Notes: generated by a model not told the origin, from the sequence alone. 64,000 bases of DNA from an uncultured Candidatus Rokubacteria bacterium (GCA_963758635.1 CAVWWD010000005.1:640001-704000), one strand, 5' to 3'; counted from the first letter of the stretch, positions 1 through 10,055 are shown. Made by a program: numbers and translations.

Positions 1-92
1 AGCCCGTCCGTCCAGCCCTTCTCGTAGCACAGCTCGATCGCGTCAGCGGGATCGGCGACGGAGTGACGCTTGGACGTGAGGGTGGTCGTCAT
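1..92 (-). CDS. 5' end of a conserved hypothetical protein with a GWTDGLP-type motif (runs off the window)
   Basis: Reverse strand reads MTTTLTSKRHSVADPADAIELCYEKGWTDGL; TATAAT lies 7 nt before the ATG. Confidence 0.6.
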   Translation of the reverse strand, partial: MTTTLTSKRHSVADPADAIELCYEKGWTDG

Positions 93-167
93 GGCGGGGA
101 TTATACGCGACCGGGGCGGCCCCGCGTGCCCCGCGTTCGCCGCCCGGCCGGCGGTACGATACCGGCC

Positions 168-1433
168 ATGAGCGTGTCCGCCGCCCGGCCTCACGTGGTG
201 GTCGTCGGCGGCGGTTTCGCCGGCCTGGCCGCCGTGCGCGTCCTCGCGCGCGAGCCGGTGCGCGTGACCCTCGTGGACCGCCGCAACCACCACCTGTTCC
301 AGCCCCTCCTGTACCAGGTGGCGACGGCGGCCCTGTCCCCCGCCGAGATCGCGATGCCGCTCCGCTCGATCTTCCGCAAGGCCAGGAACGTGAAGGTCCT
401 GCTCGCCGAGGTGGAGAAGATCGACCTCGCCGCCCGGCGCGTGGCGCTCGACGAGGGCGAGCTCGACTACGACGCCCTCGTGCTCGCCCCGGGGGCCGGG
501 CACTCCTACTTCGGCCACGACGAGTGGGAGCGCCTCGCTCCCGGCCTCAAGACCCTGGAGGACGCGATCGAGATCCGCCGCCGCATCCTGCTCGCGTTCG
601 AGGCGGCCGAGCGCGCCACCGACGGCGCAGAGCGCCGGGCCCTGCTCACGTTCGTGGTCATCGGCGGCGGGCCGACGGGCGTCGAGCTGGCCGGCGCCCT
701 CGCCGAGATCGCCCGCCACACGATCGCCCGCGACTTCCGCGTGATCGATCCCAAGCAGGCCCGCGTGATCCTCCTCGAGGGCGGCGAGCGCGTCCTGTCC
801 GCGTTCCCCGCCGGGCTGTCGCGGAGCGCGGCCGCGTCGCTGGCGCGGCTGGGCGTCGAGGTCCGCACCGGCGCCCTCGTGACCCGGCTCACCCCGGACG
901 CGGTCTGGATCGGCGGCGAGCAGATCCGCGCGCGGACCGTCCTGTGGGCCGCCGGCGTGGCCGCCTCGCCGCTGGCGCGCTCGCTCGGCGTGCCGCTGGA
1001 CCGCGCCGGGCGCGTGCCCGTGGAGCCGGACCTCTCCGTGCCCGGCCATCCGGACGCTTTCGTGGCCGGCGATCTCTGCGCCTTCACCACGCCGGCCGGA
1101 ACGCTCCTGCCCGGCCTGGCCCCCGTGGCGATGCAGCAGGGACGCCGAGCCGGCGACAACGTCTGGCGCCGCCTGCGCGGTCTCGACACGCAACCCTTCC
1201 GCTACCGGGACAAGGGGAGCATGGCGACGATCGGCCGCGCCGCGGCGGTGGCGACGATCGGCGATCTCCACCTCTCCGGCCCCCTCGCCTGGCTCGCGTG
1301 GCTCCTGGTCCACATCGCCTTCCTGATCGGGTTCAGGAACCGCTTCGTCGTGCTCTTCCAGTGGGCGTGGGCGTACGTCACGTGGCAGCGGGGAGCGCGG
1401 CTGATCACCACGCGCTGGACGCCTCGGGACTGA
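168..1433 (+). CDS. ndh: Type II NADH dehydrogenase family FAD-dependent oxidoreductase
   Basis: VVVVGGGFAG, HHLFQPLLYQVAT, VIGGGPTGVELAG, FRYRDKGSMATIGR motifs; ATG at 168 follows TACGAT. Confidence 0.9.
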   Translation: MSVSAARPHVVVVGGGFAGLAAVRVLAREPVRVTLVDRRNHHLFQPLLYQVATAALSPAEIAMPLRSIFRKARNVKVLLAEVEKIDLAARRVALDEGELDYDALVLAPGAGHSYFGHDEWERLAPGLKTLEDAIEIRRRILLAFEAAERATDGAERRALLTFVVIGGGPTGVELAGALAEIARHTIARDFRVIDPKQARVILLEGGERVLSAFPAGLSRSAAASLARLGVEVRTGALVTRLTPDAVWIGGEQIRARTVLWAAGVAASPLARSLGVPLDRAGRVPVEPDLSVPGHPDAFVAGDLCAFTTPAGTLLPGLAPVAMQQGRRAGDNVWRRLRGLDTQPFRYRDKGSMATIGRAAAVATIGDLHLSGPLAWLAWLLVHIAFLIGFRNRFVVLFQWAWAYVTWQRGARLITTRWTPRD

Positions 1434-1439
1434 CAGGGG

Positions 1440-2495
1440 CTACGGACTCTCCTGCCGCGATGGCCTGGTGGAGACGAACGCACGGATACGTTCGAAACGG
1501 TCGAGAATCTCGCCTCTTAGCTGGCTCCGGCCGATGGTCCGCTTGAGCTCCCCTCCGAGCCCCGTCACCTGGTCCGTGGACACGCGGGCGGTGGCGAAGA
1601 TGAGGCTGCCCCCTTCGAAGGGAACGGCGCCGCTGATCGTCTGGCTCACGTTGTAGGAGTGGCCCACGTAGAAGTGGCGCTCGACGTACAGGATCAGCTC
1701 GGGCCTGGCGTCGGTGACGAGGTGGACCAGGGCCACCGCCGGCCGCCCCTGCAGGAGGCGGCGGATCCAGTAGAAGTAGCTGGCCGCGGGCGCGACAGGC
1801 ACCGCGGGGTACCGCTGGAGCGCTTCCCCGAGGCGCGGCACGAGGTGCGCGATCACGCGCGGGTCGGCCGCCCCGCTCCGCAGCTCCGCGGCGGGATCCG
1901 TGGCGGCGCCCCGCCGCGCGTAGGGCGCCAGGCCGTCGAGGCCGCTCCTGCGGTAGGCCTGCCAGCGCTCGAAGAGGAGCCGGCGGTAGACACGCGACAC
2001 TGGCTCGAGGATGGCGGACGCGCCACCCGGCCCGACCTCGTTCCGCGCCGCGTGCAGGGCTTCGAGCTCCCGGGCGGAGAGGTTGAAGCGGAAGCCGGGC
2101 TCGGCGTCGAGGAGCGCTCGCGCCTCCGCGACCTCGCTCGCCCCGAACCGGATCGCCGCGAACGAGGCCGGGCCCGCGGCCTCGGCGATCGAAGCGTAGG
2201 CCGAGATGCCGGGGTCCCGCTCGATCAGCTCGCCGCCGCGAAGCGACGGCGACATGACGGCGGGCGGCACGGGCACGAACATCGCGAGGCCCACGGTGAG
2301 GTCGCGCTCGGAACCCTCCGCGACCGCGTAGGAGATCACGTCGCCCCGGAGCACGCGGCGCCGCTGCTCGGGCGAGAGGCGTCGCACGTCGAAGGCATCG
2401 TCCTGCGCCCGCGCCGGCAGCGCGCCGAGAACCGATCCGGCCGTGGCCGCGGCGAGCACGGCGAGCACGACGAAGACACGAGCGGCCCGGGGCAC
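1440..2495 (-). CDS. Exported hypothetical protein
   Basis: Long ORF with signal peptide (VFVVLAVLAAATAGSVLGALPARA-QDD); GTG start 6 nt after CATAAT. Confidence 0.7.
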   Translation of the reverse strand: MPRAARVFVVLAVLAAATAGSVLGALPARAQDDAFDVRRLSPEQRRRVLRGDVISYAVAEGSERDLTVGLAMFVPVPPAVMSPSLRGGELIERDPGISAYASIAEAAGPASFAAIRFGASEVAEARALLDAEPGFRFNLSARELEALHAARNEVGPGGASAILEPVSRVYRRLLFERWQAYRRSGLDGLAPYARRGAATDPAAELRSGAADPRVIAHLVPRLGEALQRYPAVPVAPAASYFYWIRRLLQGRPAVALVHLVTDARPELILYVERHFYVGHSYNVSQTISGAVPFEGGSLIFATARVSTDQVTGLGGELKRTIGRSQLRGEILDRFERIRAFVSTRPSRQESP

Positions 2496-2580
2496 GACCG
2501 GATTATGTCCGGACCGCCGTCGCGTCTCAACGTCGTCACGCGGATCTTGACCCGAGCGGGCTCCCCACCGCATTCTGCGG

Positions 2581-2666
2581 CTAATGACCCTCGCAGCATA
2601 CGGTAACGGCCACGGGCGTCTACAGTCCCACCGTTCGGCACTCGTCTGATGCGCAGGGCTCATTAG
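2581..2666 (+). repeat. Intergenic repeat family A, copy 1 (~86 bp, imperfect terminal inverted repeats)
   Basis: CTAATGACCCTCGCA...TGCGCAGGGCTCATTAG; homologous to 4333-4418, 9002-9078, 24792-24877. Confidence 0.85.
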
Positions 2667-2694
2667 TGCGATCGCCCAACGGGACGATGCCTTC

Positions 2695-4323
2695 TTGAGC
2701 AGCCGCGCTCACCCCCACGTCGCGTACTTCTCCATGGAGTACGGCCTGCACGAGGACTTCCACTCGTACGCGGGCGGCCTCGGCGTGCTCGCCGGCGACT
2801 TCATGAAGTCGGCGGGCGGCCTCGGGCTGCCCGTGATCGGCGTCGGGCTGCGCTGGGCCGAGGGCTACACCGTGCAGCGGATCGGGCCCGATGGCTTCCC
2901 CCGCGACGAGTGGCACGCCTGGCCCCGCGACGGCCTCGCCGACACGGGCGCGCGCGTCCGCGTCCGCGTGGGCGCCCGTGAGGTGGAGTGCCGCGTGTGG
3001 CGCGTGGAGGGCTTCCCGATCGCGCCGCTCTACCTGCTCGAGCCCACCGACCGCCGGGACCAGTGGATCACGCGGCGTCTCTACGACACGCGGCCGGAGG
3101 CGCGCATCGCCCAGGAGATGCTGCTCGGCATCGGCGGCGTCCGCGCGTGCGCGGCCCTGCACCTGCCCGTCGAGATCTACCACTTCAACGAAGGGCACGC
3201 CGTCTTCGCCGGGCTCGAGCTGATCGCCGACCGCATGGAGGCGGGGCTCGCCTTCGCCGAGGCGTGGCGCGGGGTCAGGAGCCGGGTGGTGTTCACCACC
3301 CACACCCCGGTGCCCGCTGGCAACGAGGTGCACCCCCTGTCCGAGCTGCGCCGGCTCGGGGCCTCGTGCGAGCTGGTGCCCGCCGAGCTGGCCGAGATCG
3401 GGGGCGACCCCTTCAACATGACGGTGGCCGGCCTCCGCCTGGCCAAGCTCGCCAACGCGGTCGCGCAGCTCCATGGCGAGACGGCGAGGGCCATGTGGGC
3501 CCACGTGGAGGACGCCGCTCCGATCATCGCGATCACCAACGGCGTGCACGTGGGCACGTGGCAGGACCCGCGCGTGGCCGCGGCGGGCAGCGACGACGCC
3601 CTCGCCGCCGCGCGCCGGGACATGAAGACGGAGCTCGTGGCCGAGGTCGAGCGGCGGACCGGCGTGCGGCTCGATCCGGGGGCGCTCACCATCGGCTTCG
3701 CGCGACGGGCCGCGACCTACAAGCGCCCCGACCTGATCCTGCGGGATCCCGCGCGCCTCGCCGCGCTCCTCGGCGACGGGCGCGTGCAGCTCCTCTTCGC
3801 CGGCAAGGCGCATCCCGCCGACGACGAGGGCAAGCACGTGGTCGCGCGGCTCGTGGCCACCGCGCGGAAATGGCCGCGCTCGATCGCCTTCCTCGAGAAC
3901 TACGACATGGGCCTGGGCCGGCTCCTCACCCGGGGGGCGGACGTGTGGCTCAACAACCCGCGGCGTCCGCTGGAGGCGAGCGGCACGTCGGGGATGAAGG
4001 CGGCGATGAACGGAGGGCTCAACCTGTCGGTGCTCGACGGCTGGTGGCCGGAGGGCTACGAGCCGGGCCTCACGGGCTGGGCGATCGGGCGCGGAGAGAA
4101 CGCCGGGCCCGGCGCCGACGAGCGTGACGGCGCCGCCCTCTACGACACGCTGGACAACGAGGTGCTACCGGCCTGGGCCGACCCGCCGCGGTGGACCCGC
4201 ATGATGCGGGCCGCCATCGAGATGTCCACCCGGCGCTTCTCCTCCGACCGGATGGTGAGCGAGTACTTCGAGCGTCTCTATGCCGCTCCGTCGCCGGTGG
4301 CCTCCGGCTGGCGCGCGGCCTGA
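2695..4323 (+). CDS. glgP: Alpha-glucan phosphorylase (compact form)
   Basis: VAYFSMEYG, YAGGLGVLAGD, HFNEGH, FARRAATYKR, PLP-lysine motif EASGTSGMK. Confidence 0.92.
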   Translation: MSSRAHPHVAYFSMEYGLHEDFHSYAGGLGVLAGDFMKSAGGLGLPVIGVGLRWAEGYTVQRIGPDGFPRDEWHAWPRDGLADTGARVRVRVGAREVECRVWRVEGFPIAPLYLLEPTDRRDQWITRRLYDTRPEARIAQEMLLGIGGVRACAALHLPVEIYHFNEGHAVFAGLELIADRMEAGLAFAEAWRGVRSRVVFTTHTPVPAGNEVHPLSELRRLGASCELVPAELAEIGGDPFNMTVAGLRLAKLANAVAQLHGETARAMWAHVEDAAPIIAITNGVHVGTWQDPRVAAAGSDDALAAARRDMKTELVAEVERRTGVRLDPGALTIGFARRAATYKRPDLILRDPARLAALLGDGRVQLLFAGKAHPADDEGKHVVARLVATARKWPRSIAFLENYDMGLGRLLTRGADVWLNNPRRPLEASGTSGMKAAMNGGLNLSVLDGWWPEGYEPGLTGWAIGRGENAGPGADERDGAALYDTLDNEVLPAWADPPRWTRMMRAAIEMSTRRFSSDRMVSEYFERLYAAPSPVASGWRAA

Positions 4324-4332
4324 TCGCCCGGG

Positions 4333-4418
4333 CTAGTGATCCTCGCAGAATGCGCTAACCGCCACGGGCCTCTACAGTCCTACCGCTCGGCATTAGTCTG
4401 ATGCGCGGGGCTCGCTAC
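4333..4418 (+). repeat. Intergenic repeat family A, copy 2
   Basis: Core CCGCCACGGGCCTCTACAGTCCTACCGCTCGGCATTAGTCTGATGCGCGGGGCTC. Confidence 0.85.
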
Positions 4419-4921
4419 TTCCCCTTCTGGATCTCCTCGGCGAGCTCGCGCGCGCGCTCGCGATCCAGCGGCCGGAGGCGCTCGAGGATCCGTCGCGCGT
4501 CGTCGAGCCGCCCCATCTTGACGTAGGCCTCGCCCAGGTACTCGAGCGCCTCCGGGTAGCGCGGCTTGAGCTTGAGCGCCTCGTCGTAGGCCCGCACCGA
4601 CTCGTCGTAGCGGCCCTGGTGGCGGAGCGCGTAGCCGAGCTCGTTCCACGCTTCCGGGAACGCCGGGCGCAGCTCGATGGCCTTGCCGAATGCGCCGACC
4701 GCGCCCGGCCAGTCACGGCTCGCGCGGGCGCGGAGGCCGCGGTTGTACTCCTGCTCTGCCGTCGGCGCCGCCGACCGCGACGGCGGGGCGACGACCGGCC
4801 CGCTCGACTCCCCCGCCGCGAGCCCGGGGATGAGGCCGAGCCCCGCCGCGGCGAGCGCCGCCGCGATCAGGCGCCGTCCGACCCGCTCAGCCATCGACGC
4901 GCCCCGGGGCGAGCGAAGCAT
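4415..4921 (-). CDS. Exported tetratricopeptide repeat protein
   Basis: TPR patterns (AWNELGYALRHQGRYDES, ALEYLGEAYVKMG); hydrophobic N-terminus; GGGAGG before ATG 4921. Confidence 0.85.
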   Translation of the reverse strand: MLRSPRGASMAERVGRRLIAAALAAAGLGLIPGLAAGESSGPVVAPPSRSAAPTAEQEYNRGLRARASRDWPGAVGAFGKAIELRPAFPEAWNELGYALRHQGRYDESVRAYDEALKLKPRYPEALEYLGEAYVKMGRLDDARRILERLRPLDRERARELAEEIQKGK

Positions 4922-4959
4922 TGGGTATCCTCCCATGGGCGGGCGATGCTCGCACGCCC

Positions 4960-4998
4960 GGGGCGGGCGGGCGAAGCCCGGGTGCCCGCCCCATGGTG
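4960..4998. repeat. 39-bp hairpin repeat family D, copy 1
   Basis: Exact reverse complement of 21774-21812. Confidence 0.85.
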
Positions 4999-4999
4999 A

Positions 5000-6172
5000 T
5001 CATGATAGCCCGCGGCGAGGCGGGCGCTGCGCGGGAATGGTGGCGAGCGCGGCGGCGAGCGCGCACACCGCCGCGGACGTGGCCAGCGCCGCGCCGAACG
5101 CGCCCATGAAGCCGAGCGAGCGCTCGAGCGCGCCGAACACGCTGGCGTTGACCTGCACGCCCGCGACCACGCCGAGCGTGCGTCCCATGAAGGCCAGCCC
5201 GCCCGCCGCGCCCTGCCGCGCCGGCGGGAACGCCGCCATCACCTGGGCGAGGTTCGGCACCTGGAAAGTCCCGACGCCGAGGCCGACCAGGAAGAGCGCG
5301 GCGCCGACCGCGGGGACCGGCGTGCCCGCGTCGCACGCGGCGAGGGCGGCCAGCCCCGCGGCCTCGACGATCAGCCCGGCGATCATCGGCGCGCGCGCGC
5401 CGCGCCGGTCGGTGATCCAGCCGCTGACCGGCGCCCCGAGCGTCGTCCCGAGGCACGTGAGCAGGAAGACGAGCCCGCCGTGCCGCGCGGGCAGCCCGAG
5501 CATGGTCACGATGTAGAACGGCGCGAGCAGCCACACCGCGAACTGGGCCCAGCTCGCGAGACCGGCGAGGAGCAGCGACTGGAGCACGGGCCAGCGCATC
5601 CACTCCGCGCGCGGCGGGAGCCGCCACCGCCCGCCCCCGCGGAGCCGCGGCAGGAGGACGAGCGCGGCCAGGCCGACCGCGGCGGCGAACGGCGCCCGGT
5701 ACGTGAAGACCCACGGCCAGCCCCACTCCACGAGGATCCCGCCCGCCACCGGGCCCACGGTGAGGCCGGCGGCCATGCCGGAGGCGAGCGCGCCCAGGCC
5801 ACGGCCGTGGCGCGAGGATGGCAGCGAGAGCGTCACGAGCGCGGGCGCCGTGCCGTAGACGAGCCCGCCGCCCACGCCTTGCAGCACGCGGAGACCCAGG
5901 ACGCCGGCATAGCTCGTGGCAAGCGCGTACGACAGGAAGCTCACCGCGGAGAGCCCGAGCCCGGCCACGAACACGGGGCGCGGCCCGAGCCGGTCGGCGG
6001 CGATCCCCGCCCCGAAGCCGGTGACGGCATAGGTGAAGACGTAGCAGATGATCACCCATCGGATCTCCGCGGGACCGATGCCGAAGGCGGCGGCCATCGC
6101 GGGGAGCGCGATGTTCACCGAGGCGTCGAGCGAGATGATCAGCGAGCCGAGGGCGGCGAGGACGACGGGCAC
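5000..6172 (-). CDS. MFS transporter (drug/H+ antiporter-like)
   Basis: LDASVNIALP, AADRLGPR motif A, many transmembrane segments. Confidence 0.88.
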   Translation of the reverse strand: MPVVLAALGSLIISLDASVNIALPAMAAAFGIGPAEIRWVIICYVFTYAVTGFGAGIAADRLGPRPVFVAGLGLSAVSFLSYALATSYAGVLGLRVLQGVGGGLVYGTAPALVTLSLPSSRHGRGLGALASGMAAGLTVGPVAGGILVEWGWPWVFTYRAPFAAAVGLAALVLLPRLRGGGRWRLPPRAEWMRWPVLQSLLLAGLASWAQFAVWLLAPFYIVTMLGLPARHGGLVFLLTCLGTTLGAPVSGWITDRRGARAPMIAGLIVEAAGLAALAACDAGTPVPAVGAALFLVGLGVGTFQVPNLAQVMAAFPPARQGAAGGLAFMGRTLGVVAGVQVNASVFGALERSLGFMGAFGAALATSAAVCALAAALATIPAQRPPRRGLS

Positions 6173-6178
6173 CGGTCG

Positions 6179-6186
6179 AGTATACT
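6179..6186. promoter_or_regulatory. Palindromic AGTATACT: shared -10 box for divergent leaderless genes
   Basis: TATACT on both strands, 6 and 9 nt from the start codons at 6172 and 6196. Confidence 0.6.
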
Positions 6187-6195
6187 GGCTGCCGC

Positions 6196-6606
6196 ATGAG
6201 CGAGGGACTCGCCCCCGGCCTCACCGCCGAGATGGAGATCACCGTCACCGCGGATCGCACGGCGGACGCCATGGGCAACCCCGGCGTCCACGTCTTCGCC
6301 ACGCCGTGGGTCATCACGCTGCTCGAGAACGTCTCGTCGAAGGCGCTCTCCCCGCACCTGCCGCCGGGCGGCGGCAGCGTGGGCACCATGGTCGACATGC
6401 GTCACCTCGCGGCCACGCCCGTCGGGATGCGCGTGCGCGCCCGCGCCACCGTGCTCGAGACGGACGGCCGCCGGGTGCTGTTCCGGGTGGAGGCCTCCGA
6501 CGAGGTCGAGAAGATCGCCGAGGGCCGTCACGAGCGCTTCATCGTGTCCGACCTCCGCCGCTTCCTGGACCGCGCGGTGCGGAAGACCCGGCCGCCCGGC
6601 GCCTGA
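6196..6606 (+). CDS. Hot-dog fold thioesterase (FlK-like)
   Basis: VFATPWVITLLE, SVGTMVDMRHLAATPVG, GRHERFIV. Confidence 0.88.
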   Translation: MSEGLAPGLTAEMEITVTADRTADAMGNPGVHVFATPWVITLLENVSSKALSPHLPPGGGSVGTMVDMRHLAATPVGMRVRARATVLETDGRRVLFRVEASDEVEKIAEGRHERFIVSDLRRFLDRAVRKTRPPGA

Positions 6607-6609
6607 GCG

Positions 6610-6699
6610 GTTGTCAAGAATGGCGAGACGGCGCCGCGGGCGTACGCAGAATCGTGGTGTTGCCCGCACGGCGAAGTCGACATCCGCGCTCCCCATAAC
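6610..6699 (+). mobile_element. MITE-like repeat family C, copy 1
   Basis: GTTGTCAAGAATGGCGAGACGG...CGCAGAATCGTGGTGTTGCCCGC...CATAAC. Confidence 0.75.
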
Positions 6700-6714
6700 T
6701 TTGGAGCGGCGGGC

Positions 6715-7257
6715 TCAGCGCGGCGGGATCGCGTCGAAGAGGTCCTTCAGCGCGGAGCGCGTGGAGGCAAACGCGAGATCGTCCCACGGGATCTCGTCGC
6801 GGGCCACCCACTCCACGCGGTCGTTCTCGTGGCACACCGTGATGGTCCCGCCGAGCACGCGCGCGCGGTAGACCACGATGACCAGCGGCGTGCCCGGATA
6901 GGAGTACACGCCGACGAGCCCCTCGAGGGCCACGTCGAGCCCGGTCTCCTCGAGCGTCTCGCGGACCGCGCCCGCCTCGACCTCCTCGCCCCAGTTCACG
7001 AAGCCGCCGGGGAACGTCCACTTGCCGAAGCCGGGGTGGATGGCCCGCCGCGTGAGCAGGATGCGCCCGTCGACGTCCATCGGGATCGTGCCGCCCACCA
7101 CCTTGTGGTCCAGGTAGTAGACGAACGGGCACGCCGGGCAGACCATCTCGGCCTTCTCGTCGGGACCGACGGGCTCCAGCGCGAGCGGCCCGCCGCACAG
7201 CGGACAGAACCGCACCGCGTCCGGCGTGAGGTGGCGATACGAGCGTCGCTCGGCCAT
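6715..7257 (-). CDS. NUDIX hydrolase with N-terminal zinc ribbon
   Basis: FCPLCG...CPAC; Nudix box GGFVNWGEEVEAGAVRETLEETG. Confidence 0.9.
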   Translation of the reverse strand: MAERRSYRHLTPDAVRFCPLCGGPLALEPVGPDEKAEMVCPACPFVYYLDHKVVGGTIPMDVDGRILLTRRAIHPGFGKWTFPGGFVNWGEEVEAGAVRETLEETGLDVALEGLVGVYSYPGTPLVIVVYRARVLGGTITVCHENDRVEWVARDEIPWDDLAFASTRSALKDLFDAIPPR

Positions 7258-7346
7258 CGCGCGGCGAGTGTAGCACGCGAGGTCGGCGGGACCGCGCGCC
7301 CGACGCTTGCGCGCTCGCGGGATTCCGCATACCTTTCCCCAGAGTA

Positions 7347-7510
7347 GTTGTGAAGAAAATGCGATCTCGACTTCGCCGTGCGGGTCAACACCTCGATTCT
7401 GCGTACACACGCGGGGCCGCCTCGCCATTCATTCACAAGCCACAGGTCGTGAAGACGTGCGGATTCTGACATCGGCGAGCGGGCCAGCACCGCGCTTCCG
7501 CGGGCACGCG
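7347..7510 (-). mobile_element. Family C: full copy (7347-7438) plus truncated copy (7446-7510)
   Basis: GTTGTGAAGAAAATG...CATTCATTCACAA terminal inverted repeats; second copy stops at a family B unit. Confidence 0.8.
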
Positions 7511-7568
7511 GAGGTCGTTTCCACTGCATTTTCGTTTGCGCTCGGCTCGCCTTCGGCTCACCTCGCCA
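7511..7568 (-). repeat. Intergenic repeat family B copy
   Basis: Reverse complement GCGAGGTGAGCCGAAGGCGAGCCGAGCGCAAACGAAAATGCAGTGGAAACGACC. Confidence 0.8.
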
Positions 7569-7575
7569 CGCGGCC

Positions 7576-9006
7576 ATGAACTGGGTCACCGCTCCCACCG
7601 GGTTCGACGAGATCTTCGAGGGGGGCGCCCCGCGGTCCCACTACGCGCCGCTCGTGGGCATCCTCGAGTCCTTCACGCGCGAGGACGTGGAGCGCCGCGA
7701 GCGCCTGCAGCGCCTGGCCCTGATGAACCACGGCATCACGTTCACGGTGTCGGGCGCCGAGGAGGGCCTCGAGCGGATCTTCCCGTTCGACTTCGTGCCC
7801 CGCATCATCCCCGCCGGCGAGTGGAAGCACGTCCAGGACGGCCTCGTCCAGCGCATCACCGCGCTGAACCTGTTCCTGCTCGACATCTACCAGGACCAGA
7901 AGTGCCTGCGCGACGGGATCGTGCCGTCCGAGCTGGTGTTCTCGCGCAAGGAGTACAAGCGCGAGCTGCGCGGCCTCGTGCCGTCCCGCCGCGTGTTCAC
8001 CCACGTGGTGGGCACCGACATCGTCCGGGACGGGCGCGGGAACTACCTCGTGCTCGAGGACAACTGCCGTGTGCCGAGCGGCGTGAGCTACGTGCTCGAG
8101 AACCGCACGCTCCTGAACCGGGTGTTCCCGGAGTTCTTCGCCGCCTACCCGGTGCGGCCCATCAAGGACTACCCCACGCTCCTCCTCGAGACGCTCCTCT
8201 ACGTGGCCCCGCGGGCGAGCGAGCAGCCGGTGGTGGTGGTGCTCTCGCCCGGCATCCACAACTCGGCCTACTTCGAGCACTCGTTCCTCGCGCGCGAGAT
8301 GGGCGTGCCCCTCGTCGAGGGGCGCGACCTCCTCGTCGAGGGCAGCCGCGTGTTCATGCGCCGCACCCACGGCCGCCGACAGATCGACGTGATCTACCGG
8401 CGCGTGGACGACGAGTTCCTCGACCCCCTCACCTTCCGGCGCGACAGCCTCCTCGGCGTGCCCGGGCTCATCAACGCGTACCGCCACGGCACGGTCGCGC
8501 TCGCCAACGCGCCGGGCGCCGGCGTGGCCGACGACAAGTCCGTGTACGCGTTCATGCCCGCGCTGATCCGCTACTACCTGGACGAGGATCCGCTCCTGCC
8601 CCAGGTGCCGACGTACCTGGGCTTCCGCGAGGACGACCTCCGCTACATCCTCGACCACGCCGCCGAGCTCGTGATCAAGACAACGGGCGACGCCGGCGGC
8701 TACAACATGCTCATGGGCCCCTTCGCGACCAGGGACGAGATCCAGACGTACCTGGGCGGCGTCCGGGGGAACCCCGCCAACTACATCGCCCAGCCCCTGG
8801 TCGAGCTGTCGTCCCATCCCACCCACGTGGAGGGACAGTTCGAGCCGCGCCGGATCGACCTCCGGCCGTTCATCCTCTACGGCGACCGGATCCGCGTGCT
8901 GCCCGGCGGGCTCACGCGCGTGGCCCTCCGCCCCGGCTCGTACGTGGTGAACTCCTCTCAGGGCGGCGGCAGCAAGGACACCTGGGTGCTGGCGCCGCGC
9001 GAATGA
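7576..9006 (+). CDS. Circularly permuted type 2 ATP-grasp protein
   Basis: ERIFPFDFVPRII, VLEDNCRVPSGVSY, IYRRVDDEFLDP, VVNSSQGGGSKDTWV. Confidence 0.93.
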   Translation: MNWVTAPTGFDEIFEGGAPRSHYAPLVGILESFTREDVERRERLQRLALMNHGITFTVSGAEEGLERIFPFDFVPRIIPAGEWKHVQDGLVQRITALNLFLLDIYQDQKCLRDGIVPSELVFSRKEYKRELRGLVPSRRVFTHVVGTDIVRDGRGNYLVLEDNCRVPSGVSYVLENRTLLNRVFPEFFAAYPVRPIKDYPTLLLETLLYVAPRASEQPVVVVLSPGIHNSAYFEHSFLAREMGVPLVEGRDLLVEGSRVFMRRTHGRRQIDVIYRRVDDEFLDPLTFRRDSLLGVPGLINAYRHGTVALANAPGAGVADDKSVYAFMPALIRYYLDEDPLLPQVPTYLGFREDDLRYILDHAAELVIKTTGDAGGYNMLMGPFATRDEIQTYLGGVRGNPANYIAQPLVELSSHPTHVEGQFEPRRIDLRPFILYGDRIRVLPGGLTRVALRPGSYVVNSSQGGGSKDTWVLAPRE

Positions 9007-9078
9007 TTCACAGCATGCGGTACCCGCCACGGGACCCTACCATCCCACCGCTCGGCATTCGTCTGATGCGCGGGGCTT
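9002..9078 (+). repeat. Intergenic repeat family A, copy 3
   Basis: CCGCCACGGGACCCTACCATCCCACCGCTCGGCATTCGTCTGATGCGCGGGGCT; overlaps the upstream stop codon. Confidence 0.8.
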
Positions 9079-9085
9079 GTTCGCC

Positions 9086-10048
9086 ATGATCCTCTCGCGG
9101 GTGGCCGACGCGCTGTACTGGATGGGACGCTACCTGGAGCGCGCGGAGAACACCACGCGGCTACTCCTGGTCACCGAGGAGCTCTCCACCGAGGTGCTGG
9201 GCCTCGACGAGGACCTGGCCCGGGCGGAGTGGGAGTGCCTCGCCGAGATCTTCCCCGCCCCCGGCGGCGCGGTGTCCGAGCGCCCGGTGCGCGCGGCCGG
9301 GCTCGCCGCCGCGTCGCTCGCCGCGCTGTCGCTGTCCGCCCAGCATCCCGGGTCGGTGCACTTCTCGCTCAAGAAGGCGCGGGACAACGCCCGCACCGTG
9401 CGTGAGGCCCTCACCGTCGAGGTGTTCGTGAACCTCAACGAGACGTACCAGGACCTCGAGGCGCACGGGCGCCGCCGGATCGGCGACACCCCGGCGATCC
9501 GGGCCGCGCTGTCCGGCGCGCAGCGGGGCATCCTCGCCACCGTGGGCGCCATCGAGCACACGCTCACGCGCGATCCCGGCTGGCTCTTCCTCAAGCTGGG
9601 CGAGTCGATCGAGCGCGTGTTCCGCACCGCGACGGTGCTCCGCGTGAAGCTCCCGTCGCTCATGAAGCCCGAGCCCGCGCTCGACCACCCGCTCGTCCAC
9701 ACGCGCTGGCGAGGGCTCCTCCGCGCGCTCTCCTCGCTCGAGAACTACCGCCAGGTCTCCGGGCCGCGGCTCGAGCCGCTCGACATCCTCCATTTCCTTT
9801 TCTGGGACCCCCGCTCGCCGCGCTCGCTCCACGCCGGCGTCTCGGCGGTGAAGGACGGGCTGGACCGCCTCGGCAACGGTACCGCGCCCACCCCCCCGGG
9901 ACGGCTCATCGGCCGGCTCGCCGCCGCGCTCACCTACCAGGAGGACGAGGTCGCGGCCCAGGCCAGCTACGTGCCCTTCCTCGATCACGTGCTCGCCGAG
10001 GTGGGCAAGACCCACGACGCCATCTCCACGCTCTACTTCGGGAACTGA
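9086..10048 (+). CDS. Alpha-E domain protein (DUF403)
   Basis: LSRVADALYWMGRYLERAEN and second ER motif LGESIER. Confidence 0.92.
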   Translation: MILSRVADALYWMGRYLERAENTTRLLLVTEELSTEVLGLDEDLARAEWECLAEIFPAPGGAVSERPVRAAGLAAASLAALSLSAQHPGSVHFSLKKARDNARTVREALTVEVFVNLNETYQDLEAHGRRRIGDTPAIRAALSGAQRGILATVGAIEHTLTRDPGWLFLKLGESIERVFRTATVLRVKLPSLMKPEPALDHPLVHTRWRGLLRALSSLENYRQVSGPRLEPLDILHFLFWDPRSPRSLHAGVSAVKDGLDRLGNGTAPTPPGRLIGRLAAALTYQEDEVAAQASYVPFLDHVLAEVGKTHDAISTLYFGN

Positions 10049-10055
10049 GCCGCCC

